DNA from: Aplysia californica
Taxonomy: Eukaryota
Direction of reading: 5' to 3'
DNA: 62,583 bases
NCBI RefSeq assembly: GCF_000002075.1
Contig: NW_004797410.1
Span: forward strand, 966,203-1,028,785
Translations under genes and position numbers: made by a program
Part shown: one piece after another, positions 26,201 through 39,306 of the stretch
Position numbering within the stretch: position 1 is the stretch's first letter
Layout: every line of letters begins with the position of its first letter
The notes under the pieces: model-generated
Seen by the model: the letters and a program-made list of their open reading frames with translations, nothing else
Told to the model about the DNA's origin: nothing
Database searches by the model: none

Positions 26201-28517
26201 AGTGTTGAAAATGTGCAAATAGAGTCCAGCAAAATCTTTACTGTCCAACTGGTATAAAGAACTTCAGAAGTATATTGTTTTATATTAGTTTGATCACTGT
26301 TGATGCTATGAGTGTGGATCTACACAAATGGGGTCACTGTGCGAGAAGGTCTGAAGGCATTCATCTTGGGGAGCCGTAAATCACACAAAAATTAAAAGAA
26401 TATCATCAACTTGTGAATAGGGAAACTATGTCAGACTTGTACTGATTGAAAATTTAAAAAACATCCAGCGAGTACCCCTCTTTCTTTTTCCACTCAATTT
26501 CGTCTCCAAAATCGCTATAATATAAGTTTCGCCAGATTGCTCTTAGCCTTTGAAATGTCATCAGTCCCTTCGTACTACAATCAGTTCTGTGCCGTCCAAA
26601 TACAGCACGATTTCTAGGCTACCCCATTAGCATCTAGCAGGGTTAACATTCAAGGTCCCTTTCCACTATCATTACAACCGTAAAAAGAGAGAATCAGATT
26701 TTAAAAACCCAGATCACCAGTACAACTGGGGCCAATTTTACTGTCATGAGATATCATCAAAATAAACAGAAAAATAACTGTTATTGAAGAACTCATCTTA
26801 ACAATCACATTCCAGACTTTAAGCTACATGTATTACAATAAAAACCAACAGACAGGGTAGGGTGCCTCTTCACTCATCTCAACTTAACCTTACACGCAGG
26901 GCTAACAATACATAACAGGCATAATCAAGGATCAATTGAGAAACAATCTCATTTTCTCTAATCGCAACACTGTGTTCACAACTCGCAAAAATGCATCATG
27001 ATCAAAAAACATTCTGCCAAAATGATACCATCTACAGGAATATGAACGAAGGTCCACAGGGATGGACTATTGCTCAACTTAACACCAGCAAAAATAACAT
27101 TCCATAAAAGGCACAGAGTAATGCCTCAGAATTTACTGACCGAGAACATGAAACAAGTTATCATTTTTTTTTCAGCAAAAATAGAGAAAAATGAAAATCA
27201 TACCTTTCTTTTGTTCAATAGCATATAAAGTTACAGTTGTCCAGTTCTCATATAGTGAAATAGGCAATTTTTAGCTTTAACCCATTATGACACTCAAAGT
27301 TTACAGCACCTGAGAAACTGTACCTGTACAGAATATTTTCCTGTGTCCATGTTTACAAAAGTTTAGACTCCTATTCACATGACTTAAGAAGAGTGATAAT
27401 AAATATCAAGATCAAATACCTCACATTCTTAGACCATGAAGAGAACATTGCAGAAATAAAACAACCAATATGTGTATTCCTGTCAACACAGAAACCTTTA
27501 AAATTGTTATCTCACTCTCAGATAGTTTGAACTTGCATTCCCATCTCAAGAACAACAAATTACCTATCATTGATATCAAAGTCTCATTACATAACATGAA
27601 AATGCATTGGTTGGTCCTAAATAATTGAAAACATGGGTCCAAGACTGGAAACAGTTAATTCGGGTACATAATACCAGTTTCCATCTTCAAAATAATATAT
27701 GGGGCAGATTTATTTCCAGTGACATCCTTTAGGTTTATAAAAATCTTTGAATCATTTGGTTACATTCAGTTTTTACAAGTTGGAACAAATAACTTAAAGA
27801 AATTGAAAGATCCGTAATTCACTGTTCTAAATATCATCAAAGAGACAGGACAGGTTAAATGCCCAATAAAACATTAACTTAACTTTTCCTTCAACCCTAT
27901 AAAAATTGAGCTTCCTTGATCAAACCCCCAATAAATTTCTTTTATTAGAAATTTATGATTCGCATCAGAATTGTACAAGTACCATTTCTACTGCTGTTGA
28001 TTGCCATACACAAAAATCTAAGAACAACTGAGGGGTTATGGTTTGAAGGACACATTTTTGCATTAAATACTCAATGAGCATGTCTAACTGCAACCACAAT
28101 AGAGAAGTAATTACATCACAGTGTTTAAACCAAGCACCACTTTAGTCCATTTGCTCAGATGCTCCTTTTCTTCAAGAAGATGCACTCATCTTGCAAATGA
28201 AAATGACTACATGCCATGCAACCAGCCAAAGTAAAATTTAAGCAGCGAAAAACAAAACCATAAAATCCTTGTCAAAACGTCAAGTTTCCTTGCTGTTATT
28301 ATAGAACTTTGTGCTGCAAGAGACATTTTCAAAAACCACTGGGGTTTTTCTTTCAAAATACTAACAAGGGAGGAAAAAAATCAGAATGTCACAGAACTTT
28401 CTTTAAAAACTAATTTTGTAGTGTCATTCTGTGCAATGAAGGCCTCTTTGAGATTGGCTGCAAGGCAAATGTAACCAATTCAAACATCAAACAAAAGTCA
28501 ACTGCTGTGGTGGGACA

Positions 28518-28673
28518 TCATAATACTTGACTGGCTGCACTCTGACTCAGATAGATGACTGCTCCCACAAAGTTCACCCCAGCTGCTATGACAAACACGG
28601 GCAGCCAACGACCATGGGACTGTGTGACAAGCTCAGCCGTTAAGGGGCCACACAAAATACCTGGTATCGTCGC
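28518..28673 (-). CDS. SLC17A9: SLC17A9-like terminal coding exon
   Basis: ATIPGILCGPLTAELV...RWLPVFVIAAGVNFVGAVIYL...QVL-TGA. Confidence 0.9.
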   Translation of the reverse strand, partial: ATIPGILCGPLTAELVTQSHGRWLPVFVIAAGVNFVGAVIYLSQSAASQVL

Positions 28674-31600
28674 CTGCAAAATAGAAAAAAGAAGAAAAAA
28701 ATTAAGTCAGCTCAGCTATGTCACCACATTTTGGAAAAGATAAAACAACTTCTTGAAATTGTATTGTATTGTCAGTGTGTATGACTTTTTATTTCAGTTT
28801 AACAGTACATAAACTTACGAAACTATCTATAATTTTACTGCTTAGTAAATAAAAAGTCCTTATTTCTCCATGGAATGTTTCATGTTATTTTAAATTCTAA
28901 CATACACAGCCAATTTTTCTGGAGACATTTCATTAAAAAGAGAGACTACTTTTGAATCAAATGGCATGAAGCTTCTTGTAACTTTCACATTTCGTGAAGT
29001 AGAAATCACATTTGTGAGGCAAAGACACTCTATAGCACATCTATAAATAGACTACATCTTTCATCGTTAGTTATAACCCAATATTTATTTTCTATTTCAA
29101 TTACCTTAAACAAAATATTTAAAAAATAATAATAATAAAAATAATAAAAATAACAGTTATCATTGATCAAAAAGTACCTGTTGTAACAGTAAACATTTAA
29201 ACTGACTACGACTAGTGCCTCATCAATACGCAAATGAAAGTATAATGTGTGAAAACCGTTTAAAAAATCAACGTAACAATCTTTATTTCATTTATAGCTA
29301 ACCAAAAAAAAAAAAACCCAACCAAAATAAACTAACACTTACAAGAGTATTTGATATGGCAAAAGTGATCCCAGCGTGATTAGGGGCCACCTCAGCGTGG
29401 TTGCTCAAGTGTCCTGATGAATTGCAAGCACTCAAGCCAAGTGAAACAGACACAAAACTGAGGACAAATGTCACAAATAAATAAATGACCACCCTATAAC
29501 AACAACAAAAAATAAACAACAAAATAGATACTTCATACACTCTGTTCTTATCAGATCTTCTATTCCAAGTTCAGAAAGTTATCTTAACCGGTCTTCCACA
29601 AATTTGAAAAAAAAATAAACGAGAAGCAAAAAATTGAACCGGAGACCATCTTATTCAGAGCGCCTTAAAGTGAAAGCAAGATAAATGAGTAAAGTAAAAA
29701 CGTAGACATTAAAGTCTAATAAATCAAAACAGAACAAGTTTTGTGCACAAGTTTGAAGACCTTTCTATCCAAATACTGAACATACACCGAAAAAAATGTA
29801 GAGTAAAGACAGATTTATATTTCCACAGCAGTAACAATCACTAAAATTAAACACATTTAATCAAAGCCATTGCACAGCATCATTAGAAAAGTGAAACACC
29901 AATCCAAAATCATCCTTGGTTAACTCACAAAATAAGAAGAAATTCAAGAAAGAAATTTACTTCCGAGATTCACTCACAAACTATCAAGTAAAAACTATGG
30001 GGACAAACAGTACAACAATAAGAAACAAAAGTTTCCATTATCAAGGTAAACAAAAACTATCTAGAAATACATACATTCCTTGTAACAATCCTCTCTACTG
30101 TCACTACATTCAGTCACTACAATCTCTATATGACAGTCACTATATTTGAAACACATTCCCCCTGACAATCATGTCGAGCCGACAAAATACAAATTTTTTT
30201 AACCAACCTGAACATACAATAATACTTACAAGACAGCCAGGGGCAAATTATACACAGCACTGAAAAAAAGAATAAATAATCCAGGACCAAGCAAGCCAAT
30301 AGTCGTCATGAGGCGACGCACAGACAAGACTGTCCATTTGTGAGCAATCAAAGCATCTGCAAAATGGGCAGCAACTGAGGAAGAGAAACAAATGCTCATT
30401 TCAAAATGTAACAAAACATATTGAATAAAAATAACTATAGCCATGTTTAAAATTGTTCCACCAAGATACAGAAAAAAGGACATATTGCCGTAATAATCCT
30501 GACAGAACACTGTTTTTAAGTGCACCATCTTTACAAACCCCCTCAAACAAGCTTGAATTTTCAACAACAAAAATGTAAGTATCTCTCTTAACCATTACAA
30601 AAGGTTTACTGTCAATTTTCTATTTCAAACTGACAAAAGAAGCAATTCTTAAAATGAGAAAAAAATACGAATGGGAAAATTTAACACAACCCCCCCCCCC
30701 CCCCCAAAAAAAAAGCCTCACCAACACCAACAAGAGAGTTCATGATATAAGGCACGGCTGTGGACATCATGTGCGACTGGTTGGCCCCGAGTGTGGAGGA
30801 CAGGTAGGTGGGCAGCCACTGCATCACAATGTAGTTGGACCAGTTCATGCTGAAGTGAGCTATGTAGATGGACCACAATGGCCAGTGAGCCACAAACTCC
30901 ATCCACCGCACATTGGAGTTGTTCACCTGGAACACATCGCAGACAAATGATTTCAAACTTAACACACACATAAAAAAAAGGATGACCTTCACTTCAACTG
31001 TGTTTAATAAACTTTTGAGACAAAAAAGTGCCAAAATACATATACAATCTTTACTTACACCAGCTATAAGAAAGAGCAATCATTATTCTCTTTAGTATAT
31101 AGCGACCTTAATGCTTTCTTGTCCTATCTCCATTTTTAATAACAGTGAAAACAGTTCAAGACAAAGAGTGAGCTAAAGAGGAAGTCATATATTCAATGTT
31201 TTTAAAAAAATGGAGATAGGACAAGAAAACACTGAGGTCGCGATATGATTTACAAGGAATACATACTGTAGTTCACTTATTATTAGATAGGAAGAATATT
31301 GAATTTCTAGCTACATGAAACAATGTGAAGTGTCTAAAAAGAGAGACATATCCACATAAATGGAAATTTGCACATGATCCAATGTTCACTTCTCTAGAAC
31401 TGCTATGTGTCCGAGAGACAGAAGACTAAGCCAAATTCTAATACAATTTCTTTTTTTAATTAAAAAATGTTTAAAACCATGGCTGTCGAAATAACCATCT
31501 CCTCATCTTTTTAAAACTTCGGCCAAAATCAAGAGTGACTAATTCCTAATAATCTACCTCTTGACCCAGCTCTTGTTGGACCACGTGCCTGTGAGTAGAG

Positions 31601-34600
31601 CACTGTCATGTAATGTTATGAACTAGGTTGTCTTCCCCCCCCCCCCCCCCCGCCCCCCACGTCTTCCTTCCATAACAACATCAACCAAGATATGAAACAA
31701 TAAGCAAATTAGCTTGTCATGTCAGATTTACAGAACTAGCAGGACAGAAAGGAAATGTTTGTGATAACGTCACAAACACAAAAAAACTAGTTATAACAGT
31801 CATACAAGAAATTTCACATCTGCAAAACCTTAATCCCAAAATCACTCCCTGTGCCTGTGTAATGATATGGGACACAATCCATAATAAACCACAGTTGCTC
31901 GTCCATTATATTATCAGTTGTTTCCCTTTCATTGTAACCACTCCATGCGCAGTTCTCACTTTGTCTCGAGATTTAGGGCTTCTGGGAACATGGGGTCTTA
32001 GGTATATAAAGCTGTGTCAGTCTCTCTAGTTTTGGTCATTTGACTGGTGAAGTGAACCCTGCCATCTTCACAGCCCGGAAATCTAACAAGATTTGGTAAA
32101 ATACCTTTGGAGGATCCACAAACTCTTCATCCAAGGCTCCCCTGGAATCGGCGTACATTGAGGCCCAAACAGCGACCCAAGTAAAGCCCATCAGGCCAAA
32201 GAAATAAAACATCCACTCCCATGGCAAATGAGGACACACCTGAAGAAGGATATTATGGGGTTAAATTATGAAAATGTGAGGCATCATGGTGAAATCAGGT
32301 GCTCGTCAAAATAACGAAGTCAGGGAAACTGGCATTTTCCAGACAATTTAGCAATTTTTATCAAATTTTTATGTTTTGGTTCAACACCTCTAATGTCCAT
32401 TTAAAAACGCATTTCCATGTGAACTTTACTAAGAAGTATTGACTAAAGGCAACAAATAATAATGTAACTTTTCAGTATTCAAGGACTCTCAAGCTATTGA
32501 AGTTATCAGACTTAGACGGACATTTTCTTGGCTAATTTTACTTCTGAACCCAGATGACCCCACCTCCTTCAATCACAAATACTTCGACTTTTAATCAAGA
32601 TAAATGGGTATTTCTAAATAAAAAATAAAGGCAAATGAAACACTTTTCCCGAAAGACAAATTTTTGAATGATCCCCAACTGAAAGTGAGAAACATACCAG
32701 TGAGGCTACTGTCTGCCCAATAGAACCAAAGGCTACCAAGTAACCAAATGCCCTAGACCGCTCTTCGCATGGAATGGCGTGAGAAAAAATGTGAAAAATT
32801 GTTGGGAGACCTGAAAAAAAAAAAGCAAGATAAGATTAAATTTACATACCACAAATCAGTAATGATACAAAATAAAAAGCAAAATTGTTTTTGACATTTT
32901 AAAATATTCAAATTTCTTTTTTCCCAAAAAGTAATGGACATGGTATTCTCTTAAATACTTTAAATTGTGGAAAGTCTCAATAATAAATAGCTGCTTTCTA
33001 CAATTCACTTTGAGACAAAGGCTACTTGTCAATAGAAAATCATCCCTTCAAAATATGAGTTCGAAGATGCGTTCAAGTTAAAAGAAACACATCAACAACA
33101 GTCATTTAGTGTTGGGATAAAGCAAGACAGAAATAGAAATAAAAGAAGGAAAGTCAAGACGTCTGACCTACCAGCTGCACACACCACACACTCAAAATAT
33201 TTTTTCAAAGAAACAAAATGAGAGACAACTGATACAGCATTTACTAAACTACTTGTAATTTTCTCACTCACCTAGACCTTCGCCAAGTCCAAGAAGTACT
33301 CGAGACAATATCAATATGTACAACGAATGTGAAAACAGAGGCACAAGGAAGGTTGACAAAGACCAAAGTATTACTGCCAGACTTAGAATCTTTTTTCCTC
33401 CATACTTCTTTGCCGCACTGCCTCCAACAACCTGAAAAACAAACAAATAGGTCAGAATAATAATAATACTACTAATAATATCATCAGCAAAATTTTTCCA
33501 GGGATTTTTAAATCAAAACATGACACCTTTACACTTTACAATAATTATGACCAATATGATCTGTCAACCAGGGACGGTTCATCCATTGAGCACGGCCGTG
33601 CAGTGTCACCGAAACTTTTAAAATGTTCTGTTCTGTAAAGCACTCATAAATAGAAAATATACAAGGTCCTCGCTGGCGCCTCAACAGCCATTACATATTA
33701 TGTGCCTATAGCACCATAAATCATCCATGCTATGCCAAAGTCCACGCGCTTTAACTGAACACAATATGCTGTATAGCAATGGTAGTCTGACCTGACACTC
33801 GTTGCAATTTTGGCAGTACATTAATATTAATAAGACGGCACATCTCAAATGTGCTCTTGTCGAAACAAAAACCACAGTAGGCAGTAAAAATAAACACAAT
33901 TTCAGACTGCACACTATATGCCAATAAAATGTGAGCCCCGGAGCAATCAAGCGGAGCGCTCAAGTGAAGTGAGATTGGTTCATTGCCTTGCCACAATTTT
34001 TAAATTTAGGTCATGCCATGACTTTGTGAACTTGAGCGAGGTGAACGTAGAGTTAGTTACGTCACTGTCTGTCAAGTTGTGCTTTTGAGTGGAGTTTTTG
34101 GAGTAGTGAAAGTGTTATTACTTGAGTGCACAGTTCCAATGCAAGATGAACGGAATTGTTTTTAGCCAACAAATATGTAAGTTTTAGGAATCAAAGCAAC
34201 AAATTTAAAAAATGAAAGTAAAAGCATGAGGTCCTCACCAAACCAAAGATATTCAAAATTATACACCATCCCATTTACTATGCCCTTGAATATCTTCAAC
34301 CTGCGACAGTTTAACCCTTAGAGCCTGAGAAACCCTCTGACCGGTCCATGACTTTATCGATGTGTAGCCCGATAAACCCTTTCACCCGTCTGGGAGTCAC
34401 GGATCCAAGTGAGCCTGAGCAAGGCCTTACTAGACCTAAATGAATGTGAAAAACTATTCACTGGCTCTAGATGTGAGATTGGCAACTCTGATTAGTTTCT
34501 GTGTGGATACTTTGTTATTGTGTGTGACGTATTTGTCGTCTGGTCTATTTGTTGTGACCCACGTGAAAATGGCCGACTAGGCCATGCAGGGGGTATTCTA

Positions 34601-35493
34601 CGGTCAGCACAGTCAAGGCTCAAAGGGTTAATTGTGCACGCCCACTTTTTAGACCCATGCTTTCAACCTATTCTCTGTTTGTGTACACAGCTGGTAACAC
34701 ACAACTGAATTCACTTCATAATACTAGCATGTTTAATGAATCATAAATATAATAAAAAGTAGCTGTTCGAAGGGTATAAATACTTCTCTTTCTCTGGATT
34801 CTCAAATACATGGCAGTCGTGTGCTTATTCACCAGTTTTTACAATATTTTTTGCTATCCTTATATCTTCTTCTGTTGCAATTAGTCACCAAGAGAGCAAC
34901 CTTCAATTCTCTAATGGGTCACAAGTTTTTCTGCATCAAAAACTTAAATTTTTTTAAAAATAAAAAACTGCAGCATTGGTTCAGTTAGCATAACCCCAAG
35001 TACACACCTTGGTACACAAAACCTTTACCCTCCCACAAATCAAACATGCCTCAGTGAGACACAATGGAAATCCAAGCATTGTCCCCTCAGGATCTCAGCT
35101 GCAGTACTCCAGTAGACTCAAGGGAGGGTGTTGGGGCAGGGCTTCAAGGGTCAAGTTATGGCCTCAATACAATCTACTATCTAATGAGGGTAAGTAGTTA
35201 CTCTGATCAACAATAGATAAAAGTTAAAGGGAACAACATCAGTTTGTCTATTCCTTACCAATGCTGTTCTCAAGTTCAATTATATAAGAAGAGGGGAAAA
35301 AAAGATCACTCACCTGGCTACTCATGTAGCCCAGAGCAAATGCACTTAGGACCCATCCTTGTTGATGCAGATCCCATTTAAACTCCTGAGCCATGGGTAC
35401 AATGGCGATCGGCATAATCACCCTGTCAGCAGAGTTGATAAAGTTCGCTACTGAGCAGAGGGCGATTATGCGGGACGGTTTGTCATTCAACAT
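28518..35493 (-). CDS. SLC17A9: SLC17 family MFS anion transporter, SLC17A9/VNUT-like (8 coding exons, 402 aa)
   Basis: Exons 35493-35314, 33431-33272, 32810-32698, 32239-32105, 30926-30722, 30374-30230, 29457-29343 and 28673-28518 total 1209 nt, with GT-AG sites and consistent phases. Motifs NSADRVIMPIA, WVLSAFALGY..SQ..GG, RVLLGLGEG, EERSRA, QWLPTY, ADALI...VRR, APNHAG...ISNTLATIPG are typical of SLC17/ACS transporters. Exact orthology to SLC17A9 is from resemblance, not tested. Confidence 0.85.
29343..29457 (-). CDS. SLC17A9: SLC17A9-like coding exon 7
   Basis: FVSVSLGLSACNSSGHLSNHAEVAPNHAGITFAISNTL; AG/GT bounded. Confidence 0.9.
30230..30374 (-). CDS. SLC17A9: SLC17A9-like coding exon 6
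   Basis: VAAHFADALIAHKWTVLSVRRLMTTIG...; AG/GT bounded. Confidence 0.9.
30722..30926 (-). CDS. SLC17A9: SLC17A9-like coding exon 5
   Basis: VNNSNVRW...QWLPTYL...LVGV; AG/GT bounded. Confidence 0.9.
31097..31246. mobile_element. Foldback MITE, about 45-bp TIRs
   Basis: gcgaccttaatgctttcttgtcctatctccattttt / aaaaatggagataggacaagaaaacactgaggtcgc. Confidence 0.75.
32105..32239 (-). CDS. SLC17A9: SLC17A9-like coding exon 4
   Basis: VCPHLPWEWMFYFFGLMG...DPPK; AG/GT bounded. Confidence 0.9.
32698..32810 (-). CDS. SLC17A9: SLC17A9-like coding exon 3
   Basis: GLPTIFHIFSHAIPCEERSRAFGYLVAFGSIGQTVASL; AG/GT bounded. Confidence 0.9.
33272..33431 (-). CDS. SLC17A9: SLC17A9-like coding exon 2
   Basis: ttttcag|GTT...CTAG|gtgagt; VVGGSAAKKYGGK...LGEGL. 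Confidence 0.9.
34315..34627. mobile_element. piggyBac-type MITE
   Basis: TTAA|cccttagagcct ... aggctcaaaggg|TTAA. Confidence 0.65.
35314..35493 (-). CDS. SLC17A9: SLC17A9-like coding exon 1
   Basis: ATG at 35493 after an in-frame TAA; 60 codons; donor CAG|gtgagt; exon acceptor likely at 35626. Confidence 0.88.
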
Positions 35494-37165
35494 GATGGGT
35501 GTCTCGATTGCTTGACGTTACAACCTTCTCCAAAAAACCAATTGAAGTTGCATGTTACATGTAATTTCTTGTAACTATTTGCCCTGACGATTCAACATGT
35601 CCGTTGCCATCAGCTTGCACAACAGCCTGGAAAATTAAATAGATTCATAGTTAGTAATGATGTTATCTTCTCCCTATTTTTTATACATTTTAACTTTTCA
35701 GAAGAGATTCAAGACATACAAGGGATCAGACTAATAGATTGAAATTTTGCTTAGTGTCTCTTTTGTGGACTGTCCTACATTTCCACTCTTTGGACGAGCC
35801 TAAAGGGGGATTTGACAAAGTCTATCCTCGTTGTTTGTTAATTTTGCCTGAAGCTTACACTTTCCTTGCCACACAAAAATACAGTTGCTTAAAAATTGAA
35901 TGGTGAAAGTTTATACAAAAAAATATTTCTCAGAAGTATGAGAACTTTGCCTTAAAATGTGTTCAGGATTGTTAGCAAGTTTCTTTTTCTTTTTGCAAAA
36001 AAACAAAGCCCATGATGAAACAAACTTGATGGCTATCTTTAAATGGAAAAATTTAGTAAAAATGTATTATGAAAGAGGAAAAATATTTCTTTAATCACTC
36101 AGTTATTAAAGCAATCAAATTGTCCAAATTGATGTCAATATTCAATATATTTTCATGTTTATCAAAATTGTGACTGTAACCACTAATGCTATTGCTCTTG
36201 TTTATCAGAGTTTGCTGTTCACTAAATACTAGAGCATCAGGAGCCCTAAATTGCTCATAGACATATATTTGGTTCTGCAACATGCTATTGCCCCTAACTA
36301 TTTGCTACACCTGCCCCCACCCCTACCATGCCCCCTCTATCCCCTGTCACACTTTGACAGTTCAACTGCTTGCTTTGTATCAGGCAGCTCTAGATATCTT
36401 CTCTCTCACGTATTCCCCTTTCAATACTAAGTCAACACTTTTACCACCTAAGCTTGAAAAAAGATCCCAAATCATATCTCTGCTGTAAGCCAAGCTGACA
36501 AAAAGCCTTTTTTTTTCATTTTTGGCACCATTTTTTATATTTTGGCTAAATTGAAAGCCTGATCAGTTAACCTACATGTGTGAAAAAATCAAAGTGAAAC
36601 TGCGACTGTTTTTTTAATAAATTAGAATTCAAGTTTCAGTAGAGCTCCTTTTTAAAATTGTAACGCTGACAAAAAGCCTCTTTATCTCGAAGCTGCTGTG
36701 AATAAAAAAGGGCATTTTGTCAGCTTACGGCAAATTGTATTGTTTTGGTATCATTGTATTGTTTCATGAAAATCGTTACAAAAATAGACAAAAGTTGGCT
36801 TTTTTTCCCAAGAAAAAAGATGCAAAACTACCTTTAAAAAATTCCACAGCACACAGTCATTGCAGATCAAGGGACACTACTCAAGAAATGTATCATATCA
36901 GTCGCACTGCATATTATATTCGTATTTTCAGTGTAGCATAGTCACAACAAATTTAGTCTTCATGGCAAGGGAAGTGTCAAAAAGAAAAAAGAAAAAAAAT
37001 GACAGTGGTCATCCCTGACTGAAAAAAGGTTTTGCAGAGTAAGTATATGTCCATAATATTAGCAGCAAACGACAGATCCACAAGGTAAATAGGGTAACGG
37101 TCCACACTACAGGTCACAAGACACTAAAAGGAAATAGGCCTACAGTGGAATCAGCTGAAACAAAA

Positions 37166-37418
37166 CAGGGCGTCCAAAAAGTCCTGCACCATTCTGAAAC
37201 ACATTCATTGTTACAGATGCTCAGCAAATGGAGCATCATTTTCATTAAATAAAATACAACTCTATTCTCCACAAAAAGCTGTTTTTAACTTTGCGTATGG
37301 TATCTGGATGGATGTTGTGACATTCAATTGTGATTGCATGTCTCAATTCGTGAAGAGAGCGTGGACAGACAGAAAAAAAAAGATTTTAAGGGTGGTGCGT
37401 GACTTTTTGGACACCCTG
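37166..37418. mobile_element. Tc1/mariner-type MITE
   Basis: TIRs cagggcgtccaaaaagtcctgcacca / tggtgcgtgactttttggacaccctg, TA at the right end. Confidence 0.75.
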
Positions 37419-37427
37419 TAAGAAAAA

Positions 37428-39306
37428 TGAAAGTGGCTATTCTCCGGCGTCGTGCCAGTCTATTATTTGTTGTCGCAGATTTGCAAATACCTTTCTCATC
37501 TGTTCGTCTTGGAAAAAAATTTCCATAAACTTCACCACTTCGTGCCACTTCCATTGATACAGACGATAGGTTTTCATACACAAACTGCCTCAATTCCTTA
37601 AATTTATAATTGTGATAGGTGCTAGTAGAAACGTGTTCACCTCTAGTGATGCGAGTTCATACCAAAGAGTGAGCATAAGAAGAAGTCATTTTTTACTGTT
37701 TCCAAAAAAGGTATCATACGACAAGAAAGCACTGAAATCGCTAAATATCAGTTAAATTTATCGAAAATTACAACAATAAGAAATAAGTAAACATCAAGCT
37801 ATACTATATTATGACTCAGACCTGCCACTCTATGAAATCTAAAAATCAGGATTTTAGAGTAAAAAAATCAGGATCTGGTAAAAAAAAATTGGGATCAACA
37901 GCAAATCAGTCATAAGGGATACTGGAGAAGGGGGGGGGGGGGGGTGGGGGGGGTGGGGGGTCCTGGTTCCCTTTTATGAGGCAAGTATGCAAGAGAAAAC
38001 TTTTGCAGGAAGAAGTTCACGTTTGGGCCTCTAAATAAACGGAAAACTGAAAGACAGCATTACTTGAGTCGGAGTTTGATAGACTGGGGGAGCGCAATTT
38101 GCAGTAAAACTGAAACTCTCATCGTCTTGAAAATATCTGACATATAACTCTAATCATCCCTCTAAAAACCCGCGTTTTCATACAGTAACAACGTTTGACT
38201 TCCATCGCATATATATACACTCAAGGCACCCCCCTCCTCCCCCCGAAAAAAAGATTGCGCCAAGGTTGTTCACTTATTTCTTTTTTCTTATTCCTTCATC
38301 TTCAATTAGATTCGACATGTATCACGGCACGCACTTTAAGCCCAAGTGTAAAAAAAAAATACCCCACCCCCTCCTCCCGTCCACACTGGTTAAGTCCCGA
38401 AAAAACACCTCGACCAATGCGACCGGTGTGAATGAACTTTGTTGACCCCGACAGCCGACGGTCCCCGACACACGCACTACTCACACGTACAAGGCCATGT
38501 CACGTGTTGCGAATGAGCGTTTGAAAGTTCCACTGACAGGTCTGATGGGCCCGACTAACCAGAACTCAGACGAAGCTTGCTTTTAAAGCAACGGCAGAAC
38601 AACGAATAAATTATTCTTAGGCCCATGGCATAATTGTTACAGTAATCAGGACACCATCGGAGAATTCTGGGTTATAAAAGCGAAAGTAGATCTTGAGCGT
38701 ATCCATGTTGGAATTCAAAATCGATACTACGTCAGTTTTAGTTGAAATAACGTGCGTGAGTCATCTGCTAGATTCGGCATAGATGCTTCAGAAAGTAGCG
38801 TTCCAAGTTCCTGACGATAAAAAATCCAATCGGTGCTTCCAAGCAAAAGAGATTGCAGAACTTTTTATATTTTTTTACCCTAGAATCGGACGCAACAGAC
38901 GCAACGACAAAAAATCAGGATACTGGCGATCGAAATCGGGAAAATCGGGATGCTTGAGATTTGGGGCAAAAAATCGGGATATCCCGATTAAATCGAGATG
39001 AGTGGCAGGTCTGATGACTAGACAGGATTTTAGACACAAAATCAATTTTGTTCGTTTAAAAAGAAACAGAATCATTATTTTTTAAAAAGCAAATGGACGA
39101 CCCAAATAAATGTTGAATAAAGTTACGCTAGACAATTATTATAGATAAAATATCATGAAAGGTAGATTTACTAGGCCTAGATATTTTATCTCAAAATCTG
39201 CGTCGACAAATACATTGTAATTCATTAGTAATAGACCGGCGGCGTGACGCCGGAGAATAGCTTCCGATCTATTGACCGGCGCGACGCCGGAGAATAGCCA
39301 CTTGCA
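37428..39306. mobile_element. Non-autonomous TIR element (TG..CA ends, GAAAAA TSD) hosting a nested element
   Basis: Left tgaaagtggctattctccggcgtcgtgcc, right ggcgcgacgccggagaatagccacttgca; gaaaaa on both flanks (37422-37427, 39307-39312). Confidence 0.7.
37817..39013. mobile_element. hAT-like non-autonomous DNA transposon, perfect 14-bp TIRs, 6-bp TSD
   Basis: cagacctgccactc / gagtggcaggtctg, atgact on both sides, subterminal aaaatc(a/g)gga arrays; superfamily inferred. Confidence 0.85.
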
